A stretch of DNA of 64,000 bases from Chloroflexota bacterium (GCA_004297775.1 SCUE01000016.1:41666-105665); one strand, 5' to 3'. Positions 26,712 through 36,457 are shown, counted from the first letter of the stretch. Made by a program: numbers and translations. Notes: generated by a model from the letters alone, not told the origin.

Positions 26712-27698
26712 ATGTTGATGCCGAACCAAGCCGCGCTACCGCGCAAGCGATTGGGCAAGACCGGGGTCGATGTCACGACGGTCGGGCTCGGCACGGCCTG
26801 GATCGGGTTGACCGACGCGATGGACGGGACGACCGACCGCCATCTGGACGAGGACCTCGCGATCGCGACGATTCACGCCGCGCTCGAGGCCGGCGTCCGG
26901 CTCATCGACACGGCCGCGCTCTACCTCAACAGCCGTAGCGAGGTGCTGGTCGGGCGTGCCCTGCGCGAGCGTCCCGATCTCGCCGCGGACGCGATCGTCG
27001 AGACGAAATGCTGCCGTCTGCCGGATCATCAGGACTACTCGTATGACGGCGCGATGCGCAGCGTCGCCGGCAGCCTCGAACGACTCGGCGTCCGCCGGAT
27101 CGAGCTGCTCTACATCCACGATCCGCCGCACGACGCCGTCGAACGCGTGCTGGCGCCGGATGGCGCGCTGGCGGCGCTACGAAGGCTCCAGTTGGAGGGC
27201 GTGGTCGGCCACATCGGCATTGCCTCGAACAACCCGGAAGACAACGCGCCATTCATCGAGACCGGCGAATTCGAGATGGCGGTCGTACCGGACGCCTACA
27301 GCCTGCTCAGCCAGATCGCGCTCGAACGCATCTTCCCGGCCGCGCAGAAGTTCGGCATGGGTGTTGTGGTGGCGACGCCGCTCGAACGCGGATTGCTGGC
27401 CCTCGGAGTGCAGGGCACGCAGGCGCGCAACGCCGCGTTCTACGCTCGACGCTTCTCGCCAGAGTGCCTCGGCCAGGTTGAAAGGATGGAGGCGGTCTGC
27501 CGGCGGCACGGCGTGTCACTACTTTCGGCCGCGCTTCAGTATGTGTCGCGTCATCCGGTCGTCGCGGCGGGGATTCCCGGCGCGCGGTCGCCCGAGGAGG
27601 CGCGGGCCAACGCCGACGCGGTGCGTCATCCCCTGTCGGAGGAATTCTGGGCCGAACTGACCCCGCTGGTCCGAAGCTGGGAGATCGTCACCCGGTAG
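26712..27698 (+). CDS. Aldo/keto reductase
   Basis: RLGKTGVDVTTVGLGTAWIG, IDTAALY, LYIHDP blocks. GGGAGGA upstream. Confidence 0.8.
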   Translation: MLMPNQAALPRKRLGKTGVDVTTVGLGTAWIGLTDAMDGTTDRHLDEDLAIATIHAALEAGVRLIDTAALYLNSRSEVLVGRALRERPDLAADAIVETKCCRLPDHQDYSYDGAMRSVAGSLERLGVRRIELLYIHDPPHDAVERVLAPDGALAALRRLQLEGVVGHIGIASNNPEDNAPFIETGEFEMAVVPDAYSLLSQIALERIFPAAQKFGMGVVVATPLERGLLALGVQGTQARNAAFYARRFSPECLGQVERMEAVCRRHGVSLLSAALQYVSRHPVVAAGIPGARSPEEARANADAVRHPLSEEFWAELTPLVRSWEIVTR

Positions 27699-28932
27699 CG
27701 TCGTCGGCGCGGTCCGTGCGCATTGCCCAGAGTGCCGATGCCACGACCGCGACGGCCATGAATACGAACGACGCGCGAAACCCGAACTGTGCCGCGATTC
27801 CGGCGCCGAGCATCGGTCCAGCCGCGTTGCCGAGAGTCGTCACCGTCGTCGTCAACCCGAACACGTAGCCACGTCGATCGATCGGTGTGATGAGCGCGAC
27901 ACGCGCCATTCCGACCGGGATGATCGCGCCGACGAACGCGCCCGAGGCTGCCCGCGCGATCAGCAGTTGCAGCGGCGACTGCGCCATCGCCTGGGGCAGG
28001 TAGAGGATGCCGGCCGCGAGCGATGCGTAGAGCAGCACACGACGATGCCCGATCCGATCGCCGAGGCGCCCGCCGACCGACGCCGCGACGGCGCTGGAGA
28101 TCGCGGCCGCGCCGAGGATCAAGCCGACCGTGCGCGCGACCGGCTCATCCGGACCGGCGATCGTCTCGACGTAGAGCGGCAGGATCGGCCCGATCGAGAA
28201 CTGGGCCATGTTCACCGCCAGCATCACGAGCAAGATCGCGGCGAGTCGCGGCGTGCCCAGGAGCGCGCGCGGATCGAAGACGAAGCGACCCCGCGATCCG
28301 CCGGTCGTCGTTGGCGTGAATTTCTCGCGGACGAAGAAGAAGACGACCGAGGCAGAAAAGAGGAGCAGGGCGCCGGTCACGATGAACGAGGGTCCGTAGC
28401 CGAACTGCTCGACCAGCAGGCCGCCGATGAACGGTCCAAAGGAGTTGGCCATGAACTGGGCAGTCGCCATCAGGCCCATCGACTGACCGAGGCGGCTCGA
28501 CGGCACGACGCTGGCCGCCAGCAGGCGCGCGGCCGGGACCGTGCCGGAGAAGATGCCTTGAACCGCCCGCAAGGCGAACAGTTGCCGCACGTCGTTCACG
28601 AACGCCATGCCGACGATGAAGACGCCGGCGCCGAGCATCGATCGCGTTACCATCGGCTTGCGGCCGTACCGATCGGCCATCACGCCCCAGACGGGCGCCA
28701 TGAACGCCATCAGCAGTCCGCCGGTCGAGCTCATCGCGCCGGCCCACAACGCCGCCTCGGTTGGACTCTCCACCCCGAGCGTCCGCGCGTACAGCGGCAG
28801 GAACGGTAGCGCCAGCGAAAAACCGGTGATCGCGCAGAACTGCGCGAACCAGAGAACTGTGAAATCGCGCCGCCAGCCGGGCTGACCGTCGTGATCGGAT
28901 GCGGATTGCGTGGTGGGCGGGGAGTGAGACAC
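27688..28932 (-). CDS. MFS transporter
   Basis: 414 aa, 12 predicted TM helices. GVMADRYGRKPM is the MFS loop 2-3 motif. Confidence 0.8.
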   Translation of the reverse strand: MSHSPPTTQSASDHDGQPGWRRDFTVLWFAQFCAITGFSLALPFLPLYARTLGVESPTEAALWAGAMSSTGGLLMAFMAPVWGVMADRYGRKPMVTRSMLGAGVFIVGMAFVNDVRQLFALRAVQGIFSGTVPAARLLAASVVPSSRLGQSMGLMATAQFMANSFGPFIGGLLVEQFGYGPSFIVTGALLLFSASVVFFFVREKFTPTTTGGSRGRFVFDPRALLGTPRLAAILLVMLAVNMAQFSIGPILPLYVETIAGPDEPVARTVGLILGAAAISSAVAASVGGRLGDRIGHRRVLLYASLAAGILYLPQAMAQSPLQLLIARAASGAFVGAIIPVGMARVALITPIDRRGYVFGLTTTVTTLGNAAGPMLGAGIAAQFGFRASFVFMAVAVVASALWAMRTDRADDATG

Positions 28933-29007
28933 TGGCGAACGATTATGGGCCTGTCAGTTGGGACTCGGCCGGCCGCCGCGACTGGGCGACCGACCGTTCT
29001 GGCACGA

Positions 29008-30057
29008 CTACAGCGTGACCGGCATCCCGGTCCGCGCGGATTGGTACGCCGCCAGCGCCGTTCGCAGTGACACGCGCGCGTCCTCGATGCGCGACTCTGG
29101 CTCGACGCCCTTCTCGAGGCACTCGATCAGGTAGTCGAGGTTCGTCGGATGGAGCGGCGCGACGTAGTCGCCGCCCGGCCGCTCGAACGTCCATCCGGCC
29201 GCACCGGCGCCGAGGACGGCCAGACCGGGCACGCGCAGGTTCTCCTGAATGATCTCACCTCGCGTGCCGACGACCTCGAGTCGGTTCAGACTGTTCACCT
29301 TCGGCGACGGACCGCTCTTGCGCGGCGAGTTGATCGTCCAGGACGCTTCGAGGGTGGCGATGACGCCGTTCGCGTAGGTGAACGTCGCCATGCCCCAGTC
29401 CTCGACCTCGATATCCTTGTGAACGAAATTGGCCATCTTCGCCTCGACTCTGACGACCTCGCTGCCGGCCAGCCAGCGCAGTTGGTCGACGCTGAAGATG
29501 CCTTCGTCGATGAACGCGCCGCCGGGCACGTGGGCCGGGTCGGCGAACCAGCCCGGCTTGCCGGAGTGGAACCAGTCCTCGGCGATGCTCCAGCGGCCGG
29601 TCGCGTGGATGACGACGATGTCGCCGATCTCGCCGCTATCGAGCCGCTTCTTGAGCGCCGCCTGAGTGACGCGGAACATGCCCTGGAACGGCACGCAGAC
29701 GACCTTCGCCGCGCGCACGGCCGCGACCATGTCGTCCGCCTGGGCGACGGTCATCGCCATCGGCTTGCCCAAGATGATGTGCTTGCCGGCCCGGGCGGCC
29801 GCGACCGTTGCAGCCGGAATCTCGTCGACCGGCGGACAGATGTGAACGATGTCGAGGTCGTCGCGCGCGAGCAACTCCTTGACCGAGCCGTGCGCGGTGA
29901 TGCCGAAGGTGCGCGCGTACTCGTTGCGCCGCCGCGTCTCGCCGCCAGCGATGCCGACGAGTGTCGCCTTCGGATACTCACCGAGCGCGCGCGCCAGACC
30001 GAAAGCCGAGTACCAGTGTCCGAGGCCGATGATGCCGACCCGCCAATTTCGAGGCAT
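29008..30057 (-). CDS. Gfo/Idh/MocA family oxidoreductase
   Basis: ATG at 30057 after AAGGAG. WRVGIIGLGHWY Rossmann start, and the EKP-like (GKP) region. Confidence 0.8.
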   Translation of the reverse strand: MPRNWRVGIIGLGHWYSAFGLARALGEYPKATLVGIAGGETRRRNEYARTFGITAHGSVKELLARDDLDIVHICPPVDEIPAATVAAARAGKHIILGKPMAMTVAQADDMVAAVRAAKVVCVPFQGMFRVTQAALKKRLDSGEIGDIVVIHATGRWSIAEDWFHSGKPGWFADPAHVPGGAFIDEGIFSVDQLRWLAGSEVVRVEAKMANFVHKDIEVEDWGMATFTYANGVIATLEASWTINSPRKSGPSPKVNSLNRLEVVGTRGEIIQENLRVPGLAVLGAGAAGWTFERPGGDYVAPLHPTNLDYLIECLEKGVEPESRIEDARVSLRTALAAYQSARTGMPVTL

Positions 30058-30192
30058 GTCGCGACTCCTTGTCCCTGTGCGCCGCATTGTGCCTCATCGC
30101 GCGTGGTCCGGCGGCCAGGCGACGCGGCGTCAGGGCGATTCACGTGTTCGACGTGGGTAACGTCACTTGACACCGTCCCGTTCAATCGGGCA

Positions 30193-31332
30193 TTGGATAA
30201 GCCGAAGCCCGGCAATCCGCGCTCCGACTTGCACATTGCGATCGCGCGGCGTCTCGTCGAACGATTGCCCGACCGAGACATCGTGGCCGTCCTGCTCGCG
30301 GGGTCGTCGACCTGGGGCGACGCCGACGAATCGAGCGATGTCGATCTCCAGATTCTGCTCGATCGACCGGCGCCGTATCGGGAGGTCACCTGCATTCGCA
30401 TCGCCGAGTTTCTGGGCGAGGCTCCGCCGGACGGTCCCCACTACGTCGACCTCGACCGACTGTCGGCGGCGGCGTACCAGGAGGTCGCGACGAGACATTC
30501 CGGTCTGGACTACCGCCTCGTCCATGGTCTGATCCCGCGGGACACGCGCGGTTTCCTGGCCGATCTGCAACGTGACGCGATCGCGCGATTTGCGCTCCCC
30601 GCGTCGTACCAGGCCCGCTTCGAGACCCATCGGACGCTGGTCGAGACCGAGCGCACGGGCGCCCGCGAGGCCGACGCGCAATCCGACGCGACGCTGGCCC
30701 GCCTGCGATCTCGTCGGATGGTCGAGCACGCCGCCGCGTCGATCCTCGATTTCGCGGACGATCGCGTTTCGAACCATCTCGTCGACGCGGTGGTGAAGGG
30801 ACTGGCGCACCTCAGGCGTGCCGACCTTGGCGCGGCGTTCCTGCGCGCGATGGCAGTCGACGACGGCGCAAGGGGAGTCGATCGCGCACTCGAAGCCTGG
30901 CGCCGATTCGGGGAAGTGTCGCTCGAGTGGTTCGAAGACCCGGCGATCGGCGGTCAACTGAATGGCGAGGATCGCGCCTGGGTGCTGTTGAACTGGAACG
31001 ACGCGGTGGTGGAGGAAATGGAAGTGCGCCGTGAGGCGCTGACGCGAATCGGCAAACTCCCGGCGCTGCAGTACTACGCTGACAACAAACTCACCGTGCC
31101 GGTGCGGATCTCGTTTGGCAAGTACCTCTCGTTGATCGAAACCGGTCAGGTTGCCCGCCAGACCGTGGCCCAATTCCACCAGTCACTGCGCCGACTCCAT
31201 CCCGACCTGTTTGGTGAGTGGGTGGCGGGCCTTCGCCTTGACGCTCCCAGTCCGGCACTCGCCGAATGTGAAGCGCTCGCGGGCGAGTTACTGGCGATCG
31301 GCGCGGCGGCGCTGGCGCGGATGGGAGAGTGA
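30193..31332 (+). CDS. Nucleotidyltransferase-domain protein with a helical C-terminal extension
   Basis: LLAGSSTWGDADESSDVDLQIL is the pol-beta-type GSx(n)DxD NTase motif. No ATG or GTG lies near the N-terminus, so TTG at 30193 or 30229 is the plausible start. The upstream 340 codons of the track ORF are antisense to the Gfo gene. Confidence 0.6.
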   Translation: MDKPKPGNPRSDLHIAIARRLVERLPDRDIVAVLLAGSSTWGDADESSDVDLQILLDRPAPYREVTCIRIAEFLGEAPPDGPHYVDLDRLSAAAYQEVATRHSGLDYRLVHGLIPRDTRGFLADLQRDAIARFALPASYQARFETHRTLVETERTGAREADAQSDATLARLRSRRMVEHAAASILDFADDRVSNHLVDAVVKGLAHLRRADLGAAFLRAMAVDDGARGVDRALEAWRRFGEVSLEWFEDPAIGGQLNGEDRAWVLLNWNDAVVEEMEVRREALTRIGKLPALQYYADNKLTVPVRISFGKYLSLIETGQVARQTVAQFHQSLRRLHPDLFGEWVAGLRLDAPSPALAECEALAGELLAIGAAALARMGE

Positions 31333-31436
31333 GCGTTTGCCACCAGCCATCTTCGATCGCGGCGCGACGACAAAAGCGGGTCGTGCCTCGACTGCGTGCT
31401 ACAACTCAAGCATCCGATTGGTCGTTTGAGGGCCAC

Positions 31437-32138
31437 GTGCAACCGCGGGCGAAGCGCGAATTCAAGGACTCCCTGTTCGAGCAGTTCGCGCGAATAGGCC
31501 GTGCGGTCGGTAACGGGCACCGCATTGAGTTACTCGACCTGCTGGCGCAGGCAGAGCGGTCGGTCGACGATCTGGCCGATCTGGCCGGTCTGAGCCTGGC
31601 GAACGCGTCGCAGCATCTCCAGGTGCTCCGCCAGGCCGGGCTCGTCATTGCGCGACGCGAAGGTGGCCGCGTCTACTATCGACTTTCCGGGTCGGAAGTG
31701 TTCACGCTATGGCAGGCGCTCCGTTCGGCCGGCGAGGCGCGTCTGGCCGAGATCGACCGCGTCGTCTCAACCTACCTTTCCGATCGAGAACGGTTGGAGC
31801 AGGTCGGACCCGACGAGTTGCGGCGGCGGTTGGAGGCAGGCGAAGTGACGCTCATCGACGTGCGGCCGTTGGTCGAGTCCAGGCACGGGCGCATCGCCGG
31901 CGCAATTCCGATACCGGCCGACGAGCTTTCGCGCCGGCTGGAGGAATTGCCTCGCGACCGGCCGATCGTGGCGTACTGCCGGGGACCATACTGCGTTTAC
32001 GCGGACGAGGCTGTCCGGTTGCTCCTGCAACACGGCTTCAAGGCGTCCCGCCTGACAGTTGGGTTCCCGGATTGGCAGGCAGCCGGTCACCCCACCGAGC
32101 ACCAGCCCGAGCAGAGCGCGACAGCGGTAGGAAGCTGA
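31437..32138 (+). CDS. ArsR-family HTH regulator fused to a rhodanese domain
   Basis: LFEQFARIGRAVGNGHRIELLDLLAQAERSVDDLADLAGLSLANASQHLQVLRQAGLV (ArsR wHTH), then LIDVRP...IVAYCRGPYCVYADEAV (rhodanese active-site loop CRGPYC). GTG at 31437 is preferred; the ATG at 31329 is possible. Confidence 0.8.
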   Translation: MQPRAKREFKDSLFEQFARIGRAVGNGHRIELLDLLAQAERSVDDLADLAGLSLANASQHLQVLRQAGLVIARREGGRVYYRLSGSEVFTLWQALRSAGEARLAEIDRVVSTYLSDRERLEQVGPDELRRRLEAGEVTLIDVRPLVESRHGRIAGAIPIPADELSRRLEELPRDRPIVAYCRGPYCVYADEAVRLLLQHGFKASRLTVGFPDWQAAGHPTEHQPEQSATAVGS

Positions 32139-32557
32139 TCTTCGGCAGACCGCGATCCACGAACCGACTCAGGCGAAACCGCGCGTCGCATCAGGAGAAT
32201 ACCCGGATGCCGAACTTAGGTCCGCCCGCTAGATTCGGGCCGAGAGCTATTATTCAATTGAGTGATTGATGGATGCGAGTGGGAGCGGTTGAAGGAGCGG
32301 GACGATGGAGGGATCGGTTCAGGGGCCAGGCGGCACGAAAACGCTCGTGCTCTTCGTCGCAGCGACCCCGTACGGGCAGCGGAACGCCGACACCGCTCGG
32401 CGGATCGCCGGGGCGTTCTGAGGCGACCCACGGTGAAGCGCGGCAGTATGGTTCCGGGTAACGTCTCACGTGTCGTGTTCGATCTTGGAATAGTTGACCG
32501 GGTCGATCATCGATTTGTCGACCGCCGCGCCGTGCCAGGATAACGCGAAGGTGTACG

Positions 32558-32986
32558 ATGGGACCGATGGGACGAATGTGGCAGGGCGGTCCGATGATGG
32601 GCGGCGATCCCGGAGTGACGGTCGCCGGGCCGGACCCCTGGTCGATTGCCTTGCTCGTGCTCTTGATCGCGCTGCTCGTCTTCACGCTCTGGTGGCGCTT
32701 TGAGCGACGAGCGCACCACCGTGGCGCACCGGGCGACGCGTTGCGCGAGCGCTACGCCCGCGGCGAGATCGACGCGCGGCAATATCGCGACGCCCTGATG
32801 GCCGTTCTCAAGGATCGGTATGTTCGCGGCGAGATCGAGCTCGATGAGTTCGAAGAGAAGGTCGCGCGGCTCGTCAGTCGCCGACCGCTACCGAGCAACA
32901 CGGCCGCGACCAGTCCGGCGGGTCGGGTGGACAACGAGGGGACGCTGGAGGATCAGCCCGTGGCGACGACGCGAGGAGGAATCTGA
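32558..32986 (+). CDS. SHOCT-domain membrane protein (two SHOCT repeats)
   Basis: Gly/Met-rich N-terminus, TM helix WSIALLVLLIALLVFTLWW, then LRERYARGEIDARQYRD and LKDRYVRGEIELDEFEEKV. Confidence 0.7.
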   Translation: MGPMGRMWQGGPMMGGDPGVTVAGPDPWSIALLVLLIALLVFTLWWRFERRAHHRGAPGDALRERYARGEIDARQYRDALMAVLKDRYVRGEIELDEFEEKVARLVSRRPLPSNTAATSPAGRVDNEGTLEDQPVATTRGGI

Positions 32987-34206
32987 TGGCCGGCCAAACA
33001 GTTGTCGTCTTGGGCGGCGGAGTCGGCGGACTGACCGCCGCCAACTCGCTGCGCCGCCGGCTCGGCCGCGAACATCGGGTCGTGCTGGTCGACCGCACGG
33101 GCGAGCATCTCTTCGCGCCGTCCCTACTGTGGCTGATGGTCGGACAGCGCGAGCCGCGGCAATTGGTGAAGGACCTGCGCCGAATGGTGGAGCCTGGCGT
33201 CGAGGTTCTGGTCTCGGATGTCGAGGCGATCGAGCCTGAGGGCAAGCAGATCCGGTCCAGCGGCGGCGACCTCGGGTACGACGCGCTTGTCGTCAGTCTC
33301 GGCGCGGAACTCGCTCCGGAAAGGATGCCGGGCATCGCGGCCGGGCACAACTTTTTCGATCTCGAAGGGGCAACCGCTTTCCGAGAGGCACTCGCGCGTT
33401 TCGAGGGCGGTCGCGCAGTCGTCGTTGTAACCGGGCTACCGTTCAAGTGTCCGGCGGCACCGTACGAAGCCGCCCTCTTGATTGAGGACGCTCTCCGGCG
33501 ACGTGGCCTGCGCGGCCGTAGTGAAGTCGCGATCTACACGCCCGAACCACAGCCGATGCCGGTCGCCGGTCCGGCGATGGGCGAGGCGGTCGCGAGCCTG
33601 CTGGCCGCGCGCGGGATCCACTACCACCCGAACCACGCCGTCGAGACGATCGACGCGGAGCGGCGCGAACTGGTGATCCGCGGAGGCGAGCGAGTCCCCT
33701 TCGATTTGCTTGCCGCTGTGCCGCCGCATCGGCCGCCGAAGGTCGTGGCGGCTTCGCCCCTCGCCAACGAGGCTGGCTGGGTGCCGGTCGACCGTGCGAC
33801 GCTGGCGACCCGCTTCGACGGCGTCTACGCGATCGGCGACGTCGCGGCCGTGACGCTGGCGAACGGACGTCCCTTGCCCAAGGCGGGCGTGTTTGCCCAC
33901 GCCGAGGGACTCGCCGTCGCCGAGACCATCGCCGGACGTCTGCTCGGCGCCAGGGCGGCGCCGGCGCGATTCAGCGGCGAAGGATACTGCTGGGTCGAGC
34001 TCGGCGGCGGACAGGCCGCGTTCGCGACCGGCGAGTTCTACGCCGAGCCGAACCCGGTACTGCGCTTGCAGCGGCCCGGCCGGATGTGGCATCTGGGCAA
34101 GGTGCTCTTCGAGCGATACTGGATGGGCGACGGCCTCGGGCGCGCGCTCGCGGCGGCCGGCCTATCACTGGGCGGGCGGGTGTTCGGCGTGCCGGCGGCG
34201 CTTTGA
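32986..34206 (+). CDS. Sulfide:quinone oxidoreductase-like FAD-dependent oxidoreductase
   Basis: VVVLGGGVGGLTAA (FAD GxGxxG motif), FKCPAAPYEAALL and GEGYCWVELG place Cys residues where SQR redox cysteines are expected. GDVA near the C-terminal FAD motif. Confidence 0.65.
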   Translation: MAGQTVVVLGGGVGGLTAANSLRRRLGREHRVVLVDRTGEHLFAPSLLWLMVGQREPRQLVKDLRRMVEPGVEVLVSDVEAIEPEGKQIRSSGGDLGYDALVVSLGAELAPERMPGIAAGHNFFDLEGATAFREALARFEGGRAVVVVTGLPFKCPAAPYEAALLIEDALRRRGLRGRSEVAIYTPEPQPMPVAGPAMGEAVASLLAARGIHYHPNHAVETIDAERRELVIRGGERVPFDLLAAVPPHRPPKVVAASPLANEAGWVPVDRATLATRFDGVYAIGDVAAVTLANGRPLPKAGVFAHAEGLAVAETIAGRLLGARAAPARFSGEGYCWVELGGGQAAFATGEFYAEPNPVLRLQRPGRMWHLGKVLFERYWMGDGLGRALAAAGLSLGGRVFGVPAAL

Positions 34207-34321
34207 GGCCGCGAGCGTTTCGGGCGGTTCGGCTGACTCTCGGTCGGTGGTCGATCGAAGCATAGGTGGGTCGCACGGCCGCGCTTCTCTTCGCGCCGTG
34301 GCGCCGACAGGGGCGTCACTG

Positions 34322-35053
34322 ATGGCCAAGCGCGCCCCCGGCGATCTCGCGGATCGCGCCGAGCCGGAGCGGAGGGTGTCGGTCTTCGATTCCTCCGCGG
34401 ATCGGTACGACGCCTGGTACGACACGCCGACGGGGCACGCGGTTTTCGCGGCCGAGCGCGCGGCGCTCGAACCCCTGCTCACCGCGCTCCCGCGACCCTG
34501 GATCGAGGTCGGGGTCGGCGGTGGGAGGTTCGCTTCCGCCCTCGAGGTCCCCTACGGGGTCGACCCCAGCGCGGCCGCCCTGGCGCTGGCTCGGCGGCGC
34601 GGGATTGAGACGATGATCGCTCGGGGCGAAGAGCTTCCCCTCGAGGACGGCGTCGCGGGGGCGGTGCTCCTGGTCGTGACGCTCTGCTTCGTCGACGATC
34701 CATTGCGCGTATTGCGAGAGGCACGACGCGCGCTTCGACCGGATGGCGGAATCGTGCTCGGCCTCGTCCCGGCGGATGGTCCGTGGGGGCGGCACTACCG
34801 GGCACTGGGCGCGGCGGGCCATGCGTACTACGCGCGAGCGCGGTTCTTCACGCGTGAGGATTTGCGGGACCTGCTGACGGCCGCGGGCTTGGAAGCGCGA
34901 CGGTTTCGCTCGGCGCTCTTCTGGCAACCGGATGGGGCGCCGCTGCCGGAGGAACCGCGCGATCGGGACGATCGGTCGGCCGGATTTCTGGCGCTCCTGG
35001 CCGTGCCAGGCTCGGACTCGCGCGCGACAGCGGAAACGCATCGAAGGAGATAG
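34322..35053 (+). CDS. Class I SAM-dependent methyltransferase
   Basis: WIEVGVGGGRFA (motif I), LLVVTLCFVDDP, LRPDGGIVLG. Confidence 0.75.
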   Translation: MAKRAPGDLADRAEPERRVSVFDSSADRYDAWYDTPTGHAVFAAERAALEPLLTALPRPWIEVGVGGGRFASALEVPYGVDPSAAALALARRRGIETMIARGEELPLEDGVAGAVLLVVTLCFVDDPLRVLREARRALRPDGGIVLGLVPADGPWGRHYRALGAAGHAYYARARFFTREDLRDLLTAAGLEARRFRSALFWQPDGAPLPEEPRDRDDRSAGFLALLAVPGSDSRATAETHRRR

Positions 35054-35058
35054 GAACG

Positions 35059-35418
35059 ATGGCGAACGACAATCGTAGATGGGTGGTGGCATTCGCGGTG
35101 CTGGTGGTGGTCCTTCTGATCGGCCCAGTGTTCACGGGGGGCATGATGGGGCCAGGGATGATGGGCGGCTACGCCGGTGCGCCGGCGGGCGGTGGAGCCT
35201 GGGGTCTGACTTACGGGCTGGGCTGGCTGTCCATGCTGGCCTCCTGGGGCGCCGTGATTGTCGGGATCGTCTTGCTCACGCGCTGGCTGGGTGGGTCGAT
35301 CGCTGGGGGCAGCCGGAGCGATGGCGAATCGGCGTCCCAGATCCTCAAGCGGCGCTTCGCCGCCGGTGAGATCACCAAGGAACAGTACGAGGAGATGCGG
35401 CAGACGCTGGAGCGGTAG
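35059..35418 (+). CDS. SHOCT-domain membrane protein
   Basis: TM helix, GGMMGPGMMGGYAG, a second TM helix, then ILKRRFAAGEITKEQYEEMRQTL (SHOCT). Confidence 0.7.
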   Translation: MANDNRRWVVAFAVLVVVLLIGPVFTGGMMGPGMMGGYAGAPAGGGAWGLTYGLGWLSMLASWGAVIVGIVLLTRWLGGSIAGGSRSDGESASQILKRRFAAGEITKEQYEEMRQTLER

Positions 35419-35523
35419 AAACCGCCGGCAGCGAGCCGGACGATTCTTGACCGCGGAGGCCGTGCTTCCGTTGGACGGTCGCCGTTGTGCCTCTCGCCGC
35501 CACGGGACACACGGGCGCGCGTA

Positions 35524-35882
35524 GTGGCGACGCAACTTCCGGCTCGACAGCGCGGCCCGTACCTGTGGGAGTTGCGCCCCTACTTCCGCCAGGTCGCCGG
35601 GCCGGCGTGCTCGCGCGTGGCGGCGCGGTGCTGACCGTGGCGCATCGGCTCTCGACCGGCCGCGAAGCCGATCGCGTGGTCGTCTTGGAGCACGGCAGGG
35701 TCATTGAAGAGGGTCGGCCGGACGAACTCGTGCGACCTCGCGGCGCGTTCGCGGCCCTGGTCGAGCTTGAGGCGGCCGGCTGGGACTGGCGCGGAGCGCC
35801 GGGTTCTTCCCCGAGCTCGCGTTCGATGGAACGCGCAGCAGGCGTGATCGCGCGTGGCGGATTCCGCTGGAGCGACGCGTGA
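35524..35882 (+). pseudogene. ABC exporter remnant: the N-terminal about 25 codons joined out of frame to the last about 85 codons
   Basis: GTG at 35524 gives VATQLPARQRGPYLWELRPYFRQVAG (a typical ABC exporter N-terminus). After a frame change, AVLTVAHRLSTGREADRVVVLEHGRVIEEGRPDELV...AFAALVELE follows (H-loop to C-terminus). The entire TMD, Walker A, signature and Walker B are missing. Confidence 0.65.
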
Positions 35883-36433
35883 CGGACTTGCCCTTGACCA
35901 CGTCCCGCTTGATGTTGCGTGACTTCGAGGAAGATGATCTTCCGAGCGTCCGCGCGTGGCGTGCCGATTCAGAGGTCGCGCGCTTCATGGACTTCGATCC
36001 GGAGACGCTGGAGCAGTCGCGTGATTGGCTGAACGCCGCGATTTTCCATAACGCGAAGCGGCCCCGAGTCGCGTACAACTTCGCGATCGTGCATCGAGAG
36101 ACGCGCACCACCATCGGTTGGATCGGCATTGGCCCTTCGTCCCGATACCCCGAATCTGGTGAGTTCGGTGTCGGCTATGCGGTATCGAGTCGATTCTGGG
36201 GTGCCGGCTACGCCACGGAGGCACTCCGCGCGGTTCTCGGACTCGCGTTCGATGCACTTCGGGCTCGTCGCGTGTCGGCGTGGTGCTTCGTTGATAACGT
36301 AGCCTCGGTCCGCGTGATGGAAAAGTCGGGCATGCGTTTCGAGCGGCGGTACTCACTGATCGAGCCGAAAAGCGGAGCGGAAGCCGAGTGCGTCGAGTAC
36401 GCCGTGCGCGCGCAGACCTGGTCCGCGCTGTGA
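35879..36433 (+). CDS. GNAT family N-acetyltransferase (RimJ/RimL-like)
   Basis: LTTSRLMLRDFEEDDLPSVRAW..., ...FWGAGYATEALRAVL... GTGA overlap with the upstream remnant. Confidence 0.8.
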   Translation: MTDLPLTTSRLMLRDFEEDDLPSVRAWRADSEVARFMDFDPETLEQSRDWLNAAIFHNAKRPRVAYNFAIVHRETRTTIGWIGIGPSSRYPESGEFGVGYAVSSRFWGAGYATEALRAVLGLAFDALRARRVSAWCFVDNVASVRVMEKSGMRFERRYSLIEPKSGAEAECVEYAVRAQTWSAL

Positions 36434-36457
36434 AACGCGCCAGGTTAAGATGCGCCA

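Noticed and set aside
29149-30160. The N-terminal about 340 codons of the 727-aa plus-strand track ORF. The same applies to the upstream parts of track ORFs 22975..24309, 25577..26668, 33893..35053, 47464..49203, 50648..52843 and 56611..57870.
   Set aside because: These extensions run antisense through well-supported genes and lack domain signal. Internal starts with GGAGG-type ribosome-binding sites give products matching full-length family members.
32139-32557. A tRNA, sRNA or small gene in the 420-bp gap.
   Set aside because: No cloverleaf-compatible sequence or convincing ORF was found; the track ORFs there are Arg-rich. Only the AT-rich palindrome patch is reported, as a low-interest finding.
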